Source: the human T2T-CHM13v2.0 reference genome, Homo sapiens. From it: DNA of 64,000 nucleotides. The stretch lies in NCBI RefSeq assembly GCF_009914755.1, contig NC_060935.1; one strand, written 5' to 3'. The notes beneath the pieces were generated by a model that saw nothing but the letters and a program-made list of their open reading frames with translations, did not search any database and was not told where the DNA came from. Shown one piece after another: positions 29,444-44,223 of the stretch. How positions within the stretch are numbered: position 1 is the stretch's first letter; the number at the start of each line of letters is the position of its first letter. The position numbers and the translations under genes are program-made.

Positions 29444-29897
29444 TGTGTCAGGGTGGATATTTGCTATACCTTTTGGCTTCCTAGATTGGGGGTAAATTAT
29501 TCCCTCTATGAGTCTTTGTGGAAACAAGGACTCCTTCCCACTCTATGCAAAAGCTGACAAATTCCAATCTTAGCTTTTCCAGCCTCCCTTGCAGCTAGAG
29601 TGCAAGCCACCATGATTCCGTCACTGCTAATCTGACCCACTTTCCAGGCCCAGCCACAGGACTTAGTGATGCTGAGAAAAGGGTAGGCCAATATTCCTTC
29701 CAGCAGAGCTGGCTGCTGTGGAAAGATCAACACAGTCACGTTACTGAAGGAGCAGGCATTCTGACCACGGTCTGGGATATTATTTAGGCCACCACAGAGC
29801 CTGGCTCCTCAGCTCTTCTGACATGCCCAATGTTGTTTTCCATTTAAATCAGCCAGTTGGCTTCTGTTGCTTGCCATTAAAGACCCTGCCTGACACC
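29444..29897 (+). mobile_element. Old ERVL solo LTR (LTR16/LTR33/LTR50-like)
   Basis: Contains ttccagcctcccttgcagctag and ends ttctgttgcttgcc..aagaccctgcctgacac, both typical of this LTR group. Subfamily uncertain. Confidence 0.5.
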
Positions 29898-30689
29898 GTG
29901 TCCGTATTTGATTGCGTGTATGCCACATGTATGTACACACACCTTCTCTTCCTTCCCTACATATTCTTCTTTCCTTACCTTGATCAATGTTATGGTGCAC
30001 CTAGCTAAAAACAACTGCAGAGGAATAAAAAGGAAAAAAAGTCATTTTTTCATTTTCCGCCATCGTGCACATAAAAAGGGACAGAAAAGAACGAACAATG
30101 TGCTGCTCTGGTTGAGTTGATAGCCTTAAATTCTACTCACCCTTTCACTCAAGGAGGACGCCAGCCAAAGTCAATGGGAATTATATTTGTATAACTAAGG
30201 GCATTGCTGAACCCAGAGAGACTGGAGAACAATTTAGCAGACAACTTATTCCACTGCCAACTCTAAGTTTTGAGGAAAAAAAAAAAAAAAAAAAAAAGAC
30301 AGAAATTGAGTCCCGAGGCCAATCTGCATGAGCATGTTAGTCACGGGTTTCTGAATAACAGGCTGAATGGCCCCTGGCATACAATTCCACTCATTTTTAT
30401 GCTGAGGGAGTCTTCTTAGGGCTTCTATATCACCAAGATTACAGTCCCATATTGCCAAGTTCAAGCTGACCCAACCAATGTAGACTTAGCCTCAGGGGCC
30501 ACCATTCAGTTGCATAGAGAGCTGCCTAAGGCATGCATTCCTTCTCTGTGTGAAGGCCAAGGGACTGCAGGGGTCAGGGGAATCAAGTCATGAGGGGATA
30601 AGGTCAACTACTTGGAAGTGATGAAGAGTTCTGGCTGCTGCTGAAATCATTGTTCAGAGCTTAGGTCTAGATCCATTTCTGTTACAGAC

Positions 30690-31100
30690 TATCATGGTGA
30701 CCCTAAGAAAGTCACTTCACCTCTCTGAATCTCAAGTCACTTGTCTGTAAACAGAACTAGCAGAAATGGCGTGAATTTAGGAGACAGAAAACTCAACTTC
30801 AGAACTTCAGTTTTGTTATTTACAAGTTTGTGATCTTGGGCAAGCAACTCAATAGCATTTTTATTTCAGCATCTGTAAAACAAGAATAATAATACTTTTT
30901 ACAGAGTTTGGAAGAATTAAGAGTAATGATATACACAAAGTATGCACTACACTGCTTGGCAAGGAGGGACTCAATAAATGTTAGTTGCATTCATTCATCC
31001 ATTCATCAAATATTTATTGTTGCTCCCACTGTGCCAGGTACTATTGAAATCCTGGGAATATAGCAATTTATGTGACAGATAATGTCCTTTCCTTCCCTTG
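30690..31100. mobile_element. Two MIR fragments followed by an antisense L2 tail
   Basis: aagtcacttcacctctctgaatctca; tgtgatcttgggcaag..catctgtaaaa; cattcatccattcatcaaatatttattg. Confidence 0.55.
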
Positions 31101-31580
31101 TGGTACTTGCATTTTCTCTCCCTACCAGAAGAGTGAGATTCATGTTCCAAGGGCAAGACTAGGGCTCATGTTTTCTTTAGTTGTCCTGTGTGCTCCCTGA
31201 GGGCAGGTGCCACATCTAGCTCTGCTTTCTGTGCATAGGAGGTACTCATTGCACGTTAGGGGTTGAATTCAGTTACATAAGATGCAAAATATTGCAAATG
31301 CCATCTCCACAAGTAAAACATTTAAAGCACTTTATGCAACATGCTTCCACAGACTTGTCCATCTCTTTGTTTCAAATGTTTACTCCTCTTTTCTATAGAG
31401 CTCATCACCATCTTTCCTTTCCTATCTAGACCTCTCTGACTTCATTATTTCTGTGCTGTAGTCAAATAATGTTTTCAATAACAGTCATGCATCACTTAAC
31501 GGAGATACGTTCTGAGAAATGCATTGTTAGGGGACTTTGTCTTTGTGTAAGCATCATAGAGTACACTTACACCAACTTAG

Positions 31581-32257
<677 letters not shown>

Positions 32258-32789
32258 TCAAAACACTATTATTATCTTATAAGACCACCGTCATATATGC
32301 AGTCGGTCCTTGACCAACAGCTATGTGGCACCTAACTGTATTGTACTTCTTCAACTGAGTGGTAAGAATGTGAAAATCCTGGAGGTCACCTTAGTTGAGG
32401 CTTTCTTCCAATTCAGCAAACCCCTTTATGTCATCTCTGATGCACTATTATCCATCCTCCATGTCAAGACAGCTGTGAATAGAGGGTTGACTGCCCACAA
32501 GGCCCACTTACTTCATGTTCACAAAGCTTTCATTCTTGCAAGGTTCTTTCTCCTACCCCCCTGAAATTTCCTTAAATAAGTATTTGCTGACCACCTACTG
32601 TGTGCCAGAACCATATTCACAACCAGGGGTACAGAAGTGGGACTACCAGTATTCCTACCCTCCAGTAGCTGCTAGTCCAGTGGAAGATTTGTTTATTAGA
32701 ATTCTGCTCTCTCCACATAAAAGAGGCTTGTTATATAACTGAGGACAGTTATAGTGTTCTCTTCTAAGCCAGTTTTCTTTAAGAATGAC

Positions 32790-32945
32790 AGTCACCTGGG
32801 ATGGTAGTTCAATTGCAATTTTCTGGGCCCTCCTGGAACTAATTAATCAGACTCTCTACAAATCTAGGGACTGGAGCAGCTAGAATCTTCAAGTTTAAAA
32901 AAGCACCCCAGTTGATTCTCATGCACAATAAGCCTGAAGAACTCC
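32790..32945 (+). mobile_element. MER5-like hAT fragment
   Basis: ttctgggccc..aatcagactctct..aagcaccccagttgattctcatgca..tgaagaac. Confidence 0.5.
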
Positions 32946-33033
32946 TAAGTCTTGCTTTTCTGCCTTAATAATGCTAAGTTCGCTAAGTTCCTCCCACCTT
33001 CCTCATATTACATAATTCCCAGGTTTTTCTTTT

Positions 33034-33100
33034 CCCTCCCTCCCTCCCTCCCTTCCTCCCTCCCTCCCTCCCTCCCTCCCTCCCTTCCTTCCTTCCCTCC
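33034..33100. repeat. (CCCT)n/(CCTT)n microsatellite
   Basis: Direct observation. Confidence 0.95.
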
Positions 33101-36100
33101 GTCCCCATATCCAAGCCTTCAGTATATGCCCCAGTTTGTAAATGGCTAAGGTGTGGCTCTCAGGACAGAGCATACCCATTCCAGATGTGGGTCACATCAG
33201 CAGAGGGTGCCATGGGGGTGTTAGCATCTTCCAGATGAACACATCGCTTTCTACAGAGGATGCTGAGAAGCACATTATTTGTCACCATGCCACATTGTTA
33301 GCTCATATTGAGATTTCAATAAGATAACACTCCTCCAATTAAGACCCTGCAATATACCTGACAGAGGAAAATTTGTTTATCAAATTTGTGAATAACACAA
33401 CATCACAAAGGAGAGACAGATTATGAAATTATAATGACATATTATTTTTCTTAAATGAGATGTTAGCATCACTTGCTTTTAGCAAGCCAAAGGTTGCTTC
33501 CAGGGACCACAGATTATTTTCTGAGTGTTTATGAACCGTTACATTAATCTCCTGCAGATTTTTTTCTGGAGATTTATATGTTTACCTGTCCACTGTTTCT
33601 GAATCTACTGTCATCTACAATTTTACTTTTTTAAAAAGTGTGACATTTTTCCAGACTCTCCTATTTTGCAGTATTTCTTGACTATTATTCACCCAGAATG
33701 GTACCAGGATCATATTTTCAAACGGTTTCAGTGTTCTGGGAAGTTAATTTTGTTGAATCTAGTAATCAGATTTGTTTTAAACATACCATAAGCATCATCA
33801 TTATTATAGTGATAGTTAATATTTATTGAATTTTTCTATGTGTCAGATAATATGCTGTACTTGCAGCGTATCATTTAATCTACTTAACAAATCTATGGCA
33901 TACATACTCTTGATATGTCTACATCATAGAAGGGTAAAGGAGAGGGGAGGTTACTACTGGCATAAGGTTATTACTTCACGGTGGAGCTAGGCACTTAATC
34001 CTTGATCTGGGTGACTCTAAACCACCAACTTGTATGATCTCTTCCTGTCACATCCCCTATCTCAAGTTTTAATTCCTTCTCAATTCAGCTGATCGTCCCT
34101 CAACTATGAACAGCACGATAGGAAAGAGAGTACCAAGAGAGTTAAGAAGAAGTTCTCTGTAACTGATAAACATCATGCTGCATTTCCCAAGGAGGACTGC
34201 CCTTTTTATTCTTCTTCCTTCTTGAAACCTAAAAAAATCTCTCTTTTCCTTTTTTCTTTTTCTGCAGGCTTCAGCTCCTTCTGGGTCTTAGTGTCACTTG
34301 GCACCTTTGTTACAGGCTCCTGCACCTCTTTTGTCCTCTTCTTCTGCCAGGTGCCCCGCCTGCCATCTTTTGTACCTTTTTTTCAAAACTGAGCTCCTTG
34401 GAGAGTGTCTGCGCAGTCAGGTTGGTTTCTTCGGATGCTGCCGCCCTTTCCTTCTTCATCAGGATCATTCATTTGGTGCTGTCAAAACACTGAAGCTGCC
34501 ATCTTTCTTGAGCCACCTTTCTTTTTCATCACCCAGCTTTTCATATTGTTTATTTTCTACTGCCTCTGGCGATGCTCCTGATCCTCCAGGATCAGGGTCT
34601 GGCCATGCCCAGTGTCCTGTTTTTATTATGAATTCCTAAGATTAGCATCCACTTTCTTTCGAGATTCCCATTATATTAATTCAATCATTCCTGTATTCTT
34701 TCAACAAGCATTTATCGAATGCCTACTATGCACCTGTCTATTTCATCAGGTTTATACCTTGTTGGCACAATGCCTGGCACATAGTGGGTGTTCGATAAAT
34801 ATTTGTTGAAAAAGTGAAAATGAGTTAGACTTGAGCCCAGAGTGACAGAGTCCCTTATTGATTTTTCCCCAACCTTCTGAATGATCAAGCTGCTTGTAAG
34901 GCAATTAAAAAGTATGTCAAGAACACTGTTTCAGCAGGACCAGCCTTCCAACCAGTGTCTGGAGAGCTGAAGTTGTCAACCCTGGCTGGAACTGGCTCCT
35001 GTGCCTGATGTATGGTTGATATTTTGGATCAGGAAAGAGCATCAATTTCCTGTGTACCACACAGTCAGAGGCATCCCTGTCTCCTTTTTCTTGGTGTCCT
35101 CACTCAGTTTCTGGGCACGACATGTCCCACTCTCCATTGAGTGGATTTCTGTAGTACGACTCTGCTGCCAGTCTACTGACAGCCTCCTTCTCCAGCACGG
35201 CAGCCCACCAAAAGTGCCTCCTTCCAAGCCTGTGGCCACAAGCCCCAGGGATAATGGTCAGCACATTGTGGCGTTGGATTTTTCTGCTACTTAAATTTAT
35301 GATGATGCAGGGCATGCAGGTAATCAATTATGCGATTCTTTCAGGGTTGCTTCTGCCCTTCCTCTTCTCCAACATTTTCTTTGAAAGGTGACCCTGCTCC
35401 ACTTCCTCTACCAACATTCTTCCTGTGTCAGATCTGTCCTCCCCTGTGGTGGGCGTGTTCTTCACCTTCCCTTCAAACTTTAGCCAATTAGGTTTCCTCC
35501 ATTCTTATGTGTGGAACCTCTGGAATGAACCTGCATTCTTTTCTTTGTTAACCCAACCCCTGGCAGCAATTATGTCCTAAAGGAAAGTCCCCTGGTAACC
35601 TCAAACAGGTTGCTCCCTCTATCATCCAATATATTCTTGTGTTTACGTGCCCTGGCCAGAAAGCTTTTTGGCTTCCAGGTCTATGCCCAGTGCATTCAGC
35701 CACTGATGCTCCTTGGTTCTGGCCACGCCCAGCTCCGTGTGGGTCCCTGAGTGGTCTACGTTCTCCCATGCTTCCCAGGCTTTAGCACCTGCTACTCCCT
35801 CTTCTCCTCATCCCGCTCTCTGCCCATTTTCTTAGCTAATGTCCACTCTGCCCTGGAGCTTTGCTTCATGGTGGGAGTTTCTCTGAGCTCTGTTCCCCCA
35901 AGGTGGGCTAGGCAACCCTAGTGTCTGCTCCCACAGGAGCTACCATATGTGGATGTCCCCTGGGTCCCTACCTCTCTGCACCCGGGATGCTTATTCTCTT
36001 ACCTGGCTTCCCTGTTATGCCCTGTGTCCCTGAATACATTGAGGTACACCTGCCTTTCTGAAAGTTTGGCAGGTTTCCCAGTGTGTACTGAGAAAACAAC

Positions 36101-36739
36101 AAGGGTTGCCAGAAATGGGAAACATAATTTCAAGGGGGAGAATGGCAAATGTACAACTCTCCAACAAAACTGAACTCCCAAACACAGTGAAAAGCGCAAA
36201 CTCTCAGACAAACAGCTATTAAGGACATAGAGTCCGAATTCACCCGGAACAAAAGACCCGTCTATAACCATTATTTATCACTCAGCAAACACTCTCTTTT
36301 TGTTCCATTGTCAATGCTCCACAGACCACATCTGCCTTTGGGCAGAGGGGAAAGAGAGAAAGGGAGAGAGAAATGAATAGAAATGAGAGTATGAGTTTCA
36401 TTTTATTTATTTATTTTACATATAAATCAGCTAATCGGTTTAACATTCATATTAAAGTTGTAATCACCTTTGCATACATTAAAATACAAACTAGCACAAG
36501 TAATAGGCCTTAAGAACAACATTACAATAGCTATTAACATATAACAGCTACCTTATCAACTTACAACATCCCTATAAAATAATAACTGCATCCAGGATTG
36601 ATTTGCGGGAAATTCATTCTCCCAGAGCACTGAAGCCTGACTCGAAGTCTGGGGAAGGTGAGAGTCTGGTTGTTCTTTGGCTGACGCAGAGAGGTGGCTC
36701 TTGGGGAGTGAAGGACACCAGAGGCGGAGATAGAGGCTT

Positions 36740-36920
36740 GAGCTTTCGTTTTGGCTCTATTATCCACTAGAGAGATGACCTGGGGAAAATGTCTTAACCT
36801 CACTAAGACTCAGTTTCCTCGTCAGCAAAATAGAAATAAGGGTGTTTCCTTCATAGTGTTTCTGTGAAAACTTAAATGAAATCATAGGAGAGGACCTGGC
36901 CTTTGTAGCAGATGCTTAAG
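36740..36920 (+). mobile_element. MIR fragment
   Basis: tgacctggggaaaatgtcttaacctcactaagactcagtttcctcgtcagcaaaatag. Confidence 0.65.
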
Positions 36921-37016
36921 AAACGTCAGCATCTTTTCAAGAAAACCAGGTGCTCTTAGAGGGTGCAAGGGCTGGACCAGAAGGATGCTACTTAGAACAT
37001 AATATGGTATCTTTCC

Positions 37017-37960
37017 CATTCATTCATTTGCTCACTCATTAAACATTTGTTGAGCACTGTCAGAGATGATATGAAAAATTTTAAAACATTAGAGTTTCTC
37101 TCCTTATAGGACTTACCATTGAGTTGGGAAAATATCAAGTCAAGAACAAGCTGGACAGAACTGAACACATGAAAGGATAGAATATACACATTATGTCGGC
37201 AGAGAAGAAAGGGCAGAGTGACTGTGAGTGGGAAACAGGAAATCACTACACAGAGAGGTAACCTTTGAGCCAAGCCTTGAAATATGAAGCGTATTTCAGT
37301 AAATGATGAGGAAAAGGATATTTTAAGCTAAGGGAACAGCATAAGCAAGGATACAAAGGCATGGCATATCCAGGGAAAATCAAATATTCTTTTTCTGGTG
37401 GAAGCTTGAAGAGCAAGGAGGGATGGAGAGGAAGATGCTGGAAAGAGAGTTGGTGCCAGACAGAATGAATTGATAGAACAAATGCAAGTATCTACAGATT
37501 GTAGGGGACCTTCAAAGCTGGGTAAGGATGGAGGTGTCAGATACCAAGTGAAGGTATTGGGGCTTTGTTTTACAGGCAAAGGGTAGCCAGTGGGCTTGCT
37601 GAGAAGGGGAGGAGTAAATTGTGTACCCTATGAAGATACAAGTGGTAATGAATGACAATGGTGAAGGGTGACTGTGAGAAAAAAAATCGAGGAACTTGAT
37701 AGGGTGCTATAATAGTTTTGGAGAACATGAGTAGGGCAATGGAAGGAAAAATGGAAAGGCAGTATAGATCCATGTGAAAGGCAATAGAGATTAAAACGTG
37801 TCATGACAAGAGAACTAATTGGTTATGGGAGATGAGAAAGAGGCTGGTGACTTGGCATCCACACTAAGTGCTGGGAATATAGGATGCTCTTTACGGAGAT
37901 TAGGACCCCAATTGGGGAGAAAATAATGAGTTTAGTTTTTAGAATGTTGTTTTAAAAGTG
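37017..37960 (-). mobile_element. L2 fragment(s), antisense
   Basis: Starts with cattcattcatt..aaacatttgttgagcact (reverse complement of the L2 tail), followed by purine-rich L2 body motifs. Confidence 0.55.
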
Positions 37961-40215
37961 ATACTGGGCTACATGTGAGAGCATCACCGATCAGGAAAAT
38001 CAACAACTCACAAATATATTTTCATTGTTACTCTCAGAATTAGCCACCAGAATGGGTGCTAGGAGTGTGAACGTGGAAAGAACCAAGATTCAGTTACGAC
38101 ACAATAAAATAATTTTGAGATCACTTAGAAATTTTCATCCTCAGTACTTAGCAATGAGAGATGGTATACTTAGATCTCTGTACCGTGGACTATCATTATT
38201 CAATTTAAATTGCTACAAAGTACTATTCTTACATGATTGGCCTGAAAGCCTTGATGCTGAGTTCTAGATATTTGAAGCCTAATACCACAAACGTACCTCT
38301 CTGGACAAACTGTCACCTGGATTTTTAGACAAAAGAAGGAAAGCATGGCCCATTGGACCACAGCAAGACCTTCTTATTTTTGCAAGCTATTCTATTTTAT
38401 TTGTTCTTAGTGTTCAGCCTGGGACCTAGGCAGGCTACAGATGTTACTGCTGATGGCTGCAGTGACCAGTATCAAGTGATTTCTTATGAGACCCTGAAGA
38501 AGGAGGCTGATGGCCATTGGGCCCACTGACAGCATATTGCCTAATCGCCATTATTCTGGAGGAAAATGCTCAGGAGGTGTTATATGTGGTGTAGCTTAGG
38601 ATTCCAGGCAGAAGACAGTCCAGTACCTTCCTAAGTCACTAAGGAAGAGCTAAACACATGGTCCCTGTTTCACTGAAATGAGATCTGCCTCTACCACCCG
38701 ACTCTATGAAGCAAAGGCAAGGAGGTATTTCTTAATCTGAGAAGACATCTTGCCTTTTATGGCACTGTTAAAACCACACATTTGGGTGTCGGAGGAGGTC
38801 TCAGCCACACATGCTCAGGGGGCTTTTATCAATGCACCCCCATCCTTGGAGTAGGTTCCTGAGCTTGGTGCCTGGGGAACTGGGGAAGGCCCCCGTTTCT
38901 ACCAAAGAGGGCCTCTCTCCAAGGTGCCTCCCAGCTCTAGGCCTGAGGTTTCTGTTGACAGTGCCTGGAGGAGCCATCTGAGCTTCTGTAGCACACACTC
39001 CCTTGCTTGGGGGCTCTGCTGGGATGACAGCCTTTAAACACCTCATTAATATTCAAATCTATTCAAGTCATTTCAATTTGAATTCTATGCATATTATCAG
39101 ATAGAACAAATGCAAATATATACAAATTCATCCATATGAAGAAATAAATAGGGGAAGCTCTGCATAATGGGATTATAATCATTCTCAGGCTTGTCTCTTT
39201 CTTTTAATTCCCCAGAGCCCAGAGATCCAGACCCAGCCTCAATGCTCCCACCTGCAACTGTTTAACAGCAACTAAACCTTTCCTGGACACAGGTTCCTCA
39301 AGGGCTGAACATTTGAGAAACCTATTATCATTATCAACCTATTATCAACAAAGATGTTATCATTGTCTACTGGTTGCTTCTCTCTCTGGGCTTGTTAAGG
39401 TAGAGCTGTCAGAGACTTGTAAGGTGGGTGTGGGCAAGGGGTTGGACTCAGAGACCCATCTGTAGGCTCAGGGGCTGGCCCTAGCCTGGGCACATTGGCC
39501 TTCAGGCCTAACAGCCTCAAGTCTTCTATGGAGTCTTGATGCATCTGGTGGGAAGACACTGGGGAGGGGACTAAGTTCCCTAATTTCTTAAATCTTCTCA
39601 AACCTGAGGGAGACTTCATAAAGCCTTTAAAGTACATTAACTGAACTTCAACACCTGGGCAACAATGAGTGGCATCTAATGTTATCATCGTATCTCTCCT
39701 TTGCAGCAAGACACCTAAGTTGATCCTGGAGCTGCCACTTCTCCTTTACTTCCACGTACTGTTTCTACCCATTCCCCCAGCCCAACACCTCCAGGCGTGA
39801 CTCTTTTCTAGCCAGATCCTCAGCCAAATGCTAGAAACACAATGCTGTAAGCAGACAAGGAGGGAAAAATCAAAGTGCAGGCAGTAAGCCTCCTACCCTG
39901 CAGCAAATCATACATGGACAAACGCAGGGTCCATTCATCCTTTCTTTCACACTGTTGTTGTTGCTCATCTCTATTTCATCTCAACTACTCCAAAGACAGG
40001 AGGAGGCCAAGGTCTATAGTATTTTAAAGGAGAGTTCTCACACTCTAGACTAATAAAGCCAAAGTAAATTGCTGTTAAGAATCATTTAGTGAGGTTTAAC
40101 TACAGCATCTAATAGATGTGCCTGCTAATCTCTCCCCCATGGGACCCAATGATAGTTGCATCTAGTAGTAACTCCATTGATTATGTAAGCGTAATTTGTG
40201 CCAAGTCATAGTATG

Positions 40216-40429
40216 ATATTATAATAACCATTTTGTACTAAGCACCTATTATTTGATAATCCCCATAGATATACATGGGGAAGGTCATTTTTTCTAACTT
40301 ATAAGTAGTGAGGCTACTTGTAGGTACAATATTATAATAACCATTTTGTACTAAGCACCTATTATTTGATAATCCCAATAGATACACACGGGGGAAGGTC
40401 ATTTTCTCTAACTTACAAGTAGTGAGGCT
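40216..40429. repeat. About 100-bp direct tandem duplication (40216-40315 and 40329-40429)
   Basis: By eye the copies differ by about 5 substitutions and 1 indel, with a 13-nt spacer. Confidence 0.95.
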
Positions 40430-40521
40430 GAGGCACAGATTTCTTACACAGAGAGGTAGGATAGGAAAGCCTATATTTTCTTCTGAAAGGGAGGGCTCAT
40501 CTAACGTCTGCCTTTGGTTCT

Positions 40522-40985
40522 TGCGGTAGACAGAATAATGGCCGCCAAAGATGCCCATGTCCTAATCCCTTTACAGGACAAAAGGGATTTTGCAGATGTA
40601 ATTAAGTTAAGGTCTTGAGAGAGAGAGATTTTCCTAAATTACCCTCTGTGGTCTGATATAATCACTTGGTTCCTTATGAGAAAGAAGCAGGTGGATCAGA
40701 GTCAGTAGTAGGTGAGGTGAAGATGGAAGCAAGAGGTTGGAGTGAAGGGAGGAAGGGGCCACGAGCCAAGGAGTGTAGGCACTCTGCCTCTAGAAGCCAG
40801 AAAAGGCCAAGAAATTGATTTTCCCTATAGCCTCCAGAAAGAAACAGCCCTGCAGCACCTGGATGCCAGCCCGTGAGATCCATTCTAGACCTCTGACCTC
40901 CAGAAGCTAAGATAGTACATTTGTGTTGTTTTAAGCCACTACGTCTGTGGTAACATGTTAACAGCAGCACTGGGAAACAAATACA
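40522..40985 (+). mobile_element. MLT1D-like (ERVL-MaLR) solo LTR
   Basis: tgcggtagacagaataatggcc..ccaaagat..ttttgcagatgtaattaagttaagg..ttgtgttgttttaagccact..aaataca. Confidence 0.85.
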
Positions 40986-43900
40986 CTCCATACATAGCCT
41001 TTCTCAACTGAGATTCCTCCTCTGAACCAGAGAACCCCGAGAATAATATGATTAACTATTTTTACTTCTCCCAAAAGTAGTACATATCTAGTATCATTTT
41101 AGATGCATAGGAAATAATTTAATTCATTGCATGTAATGGTATTAGAGGTTAATTCTCCCCATGAGCCCCACTGAGAAAACTTGCACGCCCAGAAAGCCAC
41201 ATGGCACCTTGTCTTGAAAAGAGACTGAGGATGCTAACCAGATCTATTCTGACCTTGGGCAGCAGCTCAGCACATCTGGAGACACTGACCCAGAGGAAGG
41301 CAAGTACCTCACCTCTGAATAGTGCCCTTCATAGAGTTTCAAAGCCCTCACAAAAAGGTATTCTCTCTGGAGATTCACAACAACTTCATGAGTCAAGGAG
41401 GAGAAAAAGGCTCCTTCCCTCTTCCATACCAAGGCCATGCACCAGGCAAGTGACAGAGCCTGTAGCCTGTCTAGCCTCTGCTCTAGGGCTTGTGTCACAT
41501 GCTTGGAGGATGAGGAGTTGTGATGAGTGCTCTATGCCTTCAAGCAGGTCTTCCTTGATTGACAGGGGGGCAGACGGACACTTCATGGCAGATGCAGTGC
41601 AGGGGGGTCACAGCCTATGGACCCAGTAAAAGGTTGCCCTGGGAAAAGCTTCCAGGCCATTCTCACTGGCTGCTGCCAGGTGCTAAGTCCTTACTATAAT
41701 GGAGTTATTATGTTCTCTTTGTTATACCTCATTTACAAGAGAGGGCCTCAGTCAAGAGCAGTTTTCCCCTAGCCTCTGCACAGAGACCCTTGTGCCATAG
41801 TTGGAATCAACCACCACTTTTTACCAGGAACTTTGTCCAAGCTCCCCGCACAAATTGCTCTCCTGCCTCTCAATGAAGTATTCACTCCACCAAGCTCCAT
41901 GTGAGCACGCAGGAAGTGCCCCCAGGAGCTTCCTCTGCCAAGAACCCTCTAAGCACATACTCTTCGGGGGCAGGAACCCAGGGAGGAGACCTGGAGGAGG
42001 GAAATGGAAGAACCCTGGGCTTGGATTTGAACTCCTGGGTTTTCATTTTAACTTTCCCACCCACTACCTGTATGACTTTAGAGAGGCCACTTAAAATAAC
42101 CTGGCCTTATTTTCCTTACTTTTTAAAGGCAGGATAAGAGTTGATTCAGGGAGGAAGACCATAATTAATGTGAAAGTGTTCTGGAACTATGAAATACTAT
42201 ACACATGCAAGGAAGGATTAAATTATTATCACCTTTTCCCCAAGGAGGACTCGGTGCTCATAGGTACTCGAGTTGTACAAGGCAATAATAATGATAAATA
42301 GAGCACGTTCTCTGATGAAACACTTTCATGGGTTTGCAAGTGAAATGCTGGGCACGGAAAGGTAGGAGTTGTCCAGAATCCCTGACACATTATGCTCTTT
42401 TCCCATGTAAGAAATACTGATTGTATCTGACTCTGCGCCCAAGTCCAACAAAGCCACTGCACGGTAGATGGAGGTGAGAAGGACCCAGCCCTGGCCGCCA
42501 GGAAGCTCACAATATGGAAGGGAAGGCGGACCAGAAACACTCCATGTGGATAAATCATAGTAAGAGCCACAAAAGGCTTCCTGGGGCGCTGTGGAATAAG
42601 GAAGGAAGGGCATTTAAATTAGATTGTGGGGAGAGAGGTCAAGGAAACTTCCACCAGGAGGCAAAAGGAGCTGAGTCTTTAGGGTAGAAGTTATCTAGAC
42701 TAACCTGGGGGAGAGGAGACGGCCACTCCAGAGGGACAGGAGGCACGAGGGAGCAGAGCACATTCGGACAATGTCAGCGGCTCCGTGTGTTGGAGTAAAG
42801 GGGCATATGAGAGGGTGGGGAGACTTTCATTCTGAGACTCTTTGTCCTGAAGGTGTCGGGATGCTGTCAAAGGAACGTACACCCATGAGAAGATAGCGAA
42901 CTCTGTGCAAAGCTGATGATTTGGTTATTGTCACAGCGGAGCTACTGACATAGTTCAATGATGAAAGGAAACTTCAAAACCTTGAGTATAAGGCATGTGC
43001 CTTCATGACCCCCCTACTGGATGGGAGAGAGTTAAAGCTGTTGTTTCTGGACACTATATAGCCTAGTGATCTCCTGAAGCCTAAAATGAGTATCTCACAA
43101 ACACGCCAGCTCACTTAGTCTTTCTGTTTCTCTGTCTCTCCTCTCTGGCCTGTACAATCCACCACCTGTGCCTTTCCCCCTTCCTCTACCATCACTACAG
43201 TACTCAGCCACCTGGGGATGCACACAGGGTGTACACGGCATCCACTGTGGGATGAGGGGGCCTTTAAATCTGTGGCTGGCTCCCCCCAAGCCCCTCTTGG
43301 TTGCTGGGTTCATCAGCTCATGCATTTGGTTTCCCATTGGTGATTTGGGTTGAAAAAAGAGGCCCAGATGCCTAGTGATGAGAACATTTTTTTTTATGAA
43401 TTGAAAAATAAAATGACAATAAGCAGCTAGCAGATCCCAGTTCACAATGAAGTGAATATCAATACTTGTGGTTGTATTGACCTTGAATATTTTTTTAAAA
43501 ATACAGAGCAAGAATTCTCGGGGTGCATTATTATATACATTCTGAATCTCTTCACTGTACAAAACAGAAAATCTATCCTTTATGGACAAGAGCATCTCTG
43601 GTGTACAGCATTGACTTTAAAATCAACTTTCTAAAGTGCAGGTAGAAGAAAATCTATGGCTACTCTTAGAGACATTCTTCCCTGTCAACATAGATTATGA
43701 CATTGCTTCCCTGGGTTCCACTGGGGTGGGACAGGGAGGAAAGCCCTGCTGAAAGGAAGCACTCTTGATTTCTTTCCAGTTGTGAGAGGAAGGCAATGAT
43801 GTCAGTGACGGATTGGCATAGCTGCTGTGTTCCACATCATAGGTATGACCTTATCGTAAGTTTGGCTTCTTATGCCCAGGACAGATCCCGATTCCTGATG

Positions 43901-44079
43901 TAACATGAAAACATGAGAGGCAGCTCCCACGAGTCACCTTAAATTCTCTGGTTAGAAAGTGACTTTCGACTCCCTTGTAGACTTACTATCAGCAGTGTCC
44001 ACATGGAGGTGAAAATGAGGGGACACCATAAGGAAGCAAGACTCAGCCTTGATGGCACCTGTGCTCCAAGCTGAGCAGG

Positions 44080-44223
44080 CCTCAGGAGCAGCTGGTGGGC
44101 TCGGTATAACACAGGCTGCTGGTCAAAACCCTTCTGATGTAGAAGGTCTGGACTGGGGTCCAAAAATGGGGATTTCTAACAATCTCCAAGTTGACCTGCA
44201 GACCACACTTGAAGAACCACGGT
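44080..44223 (+). mobile_element. MER5A-like fragment
   Basis: aggtctggactggggtccaaaaat..atttctaacaa..gaccacacttgaagaaccac. Confidence 0.6.
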
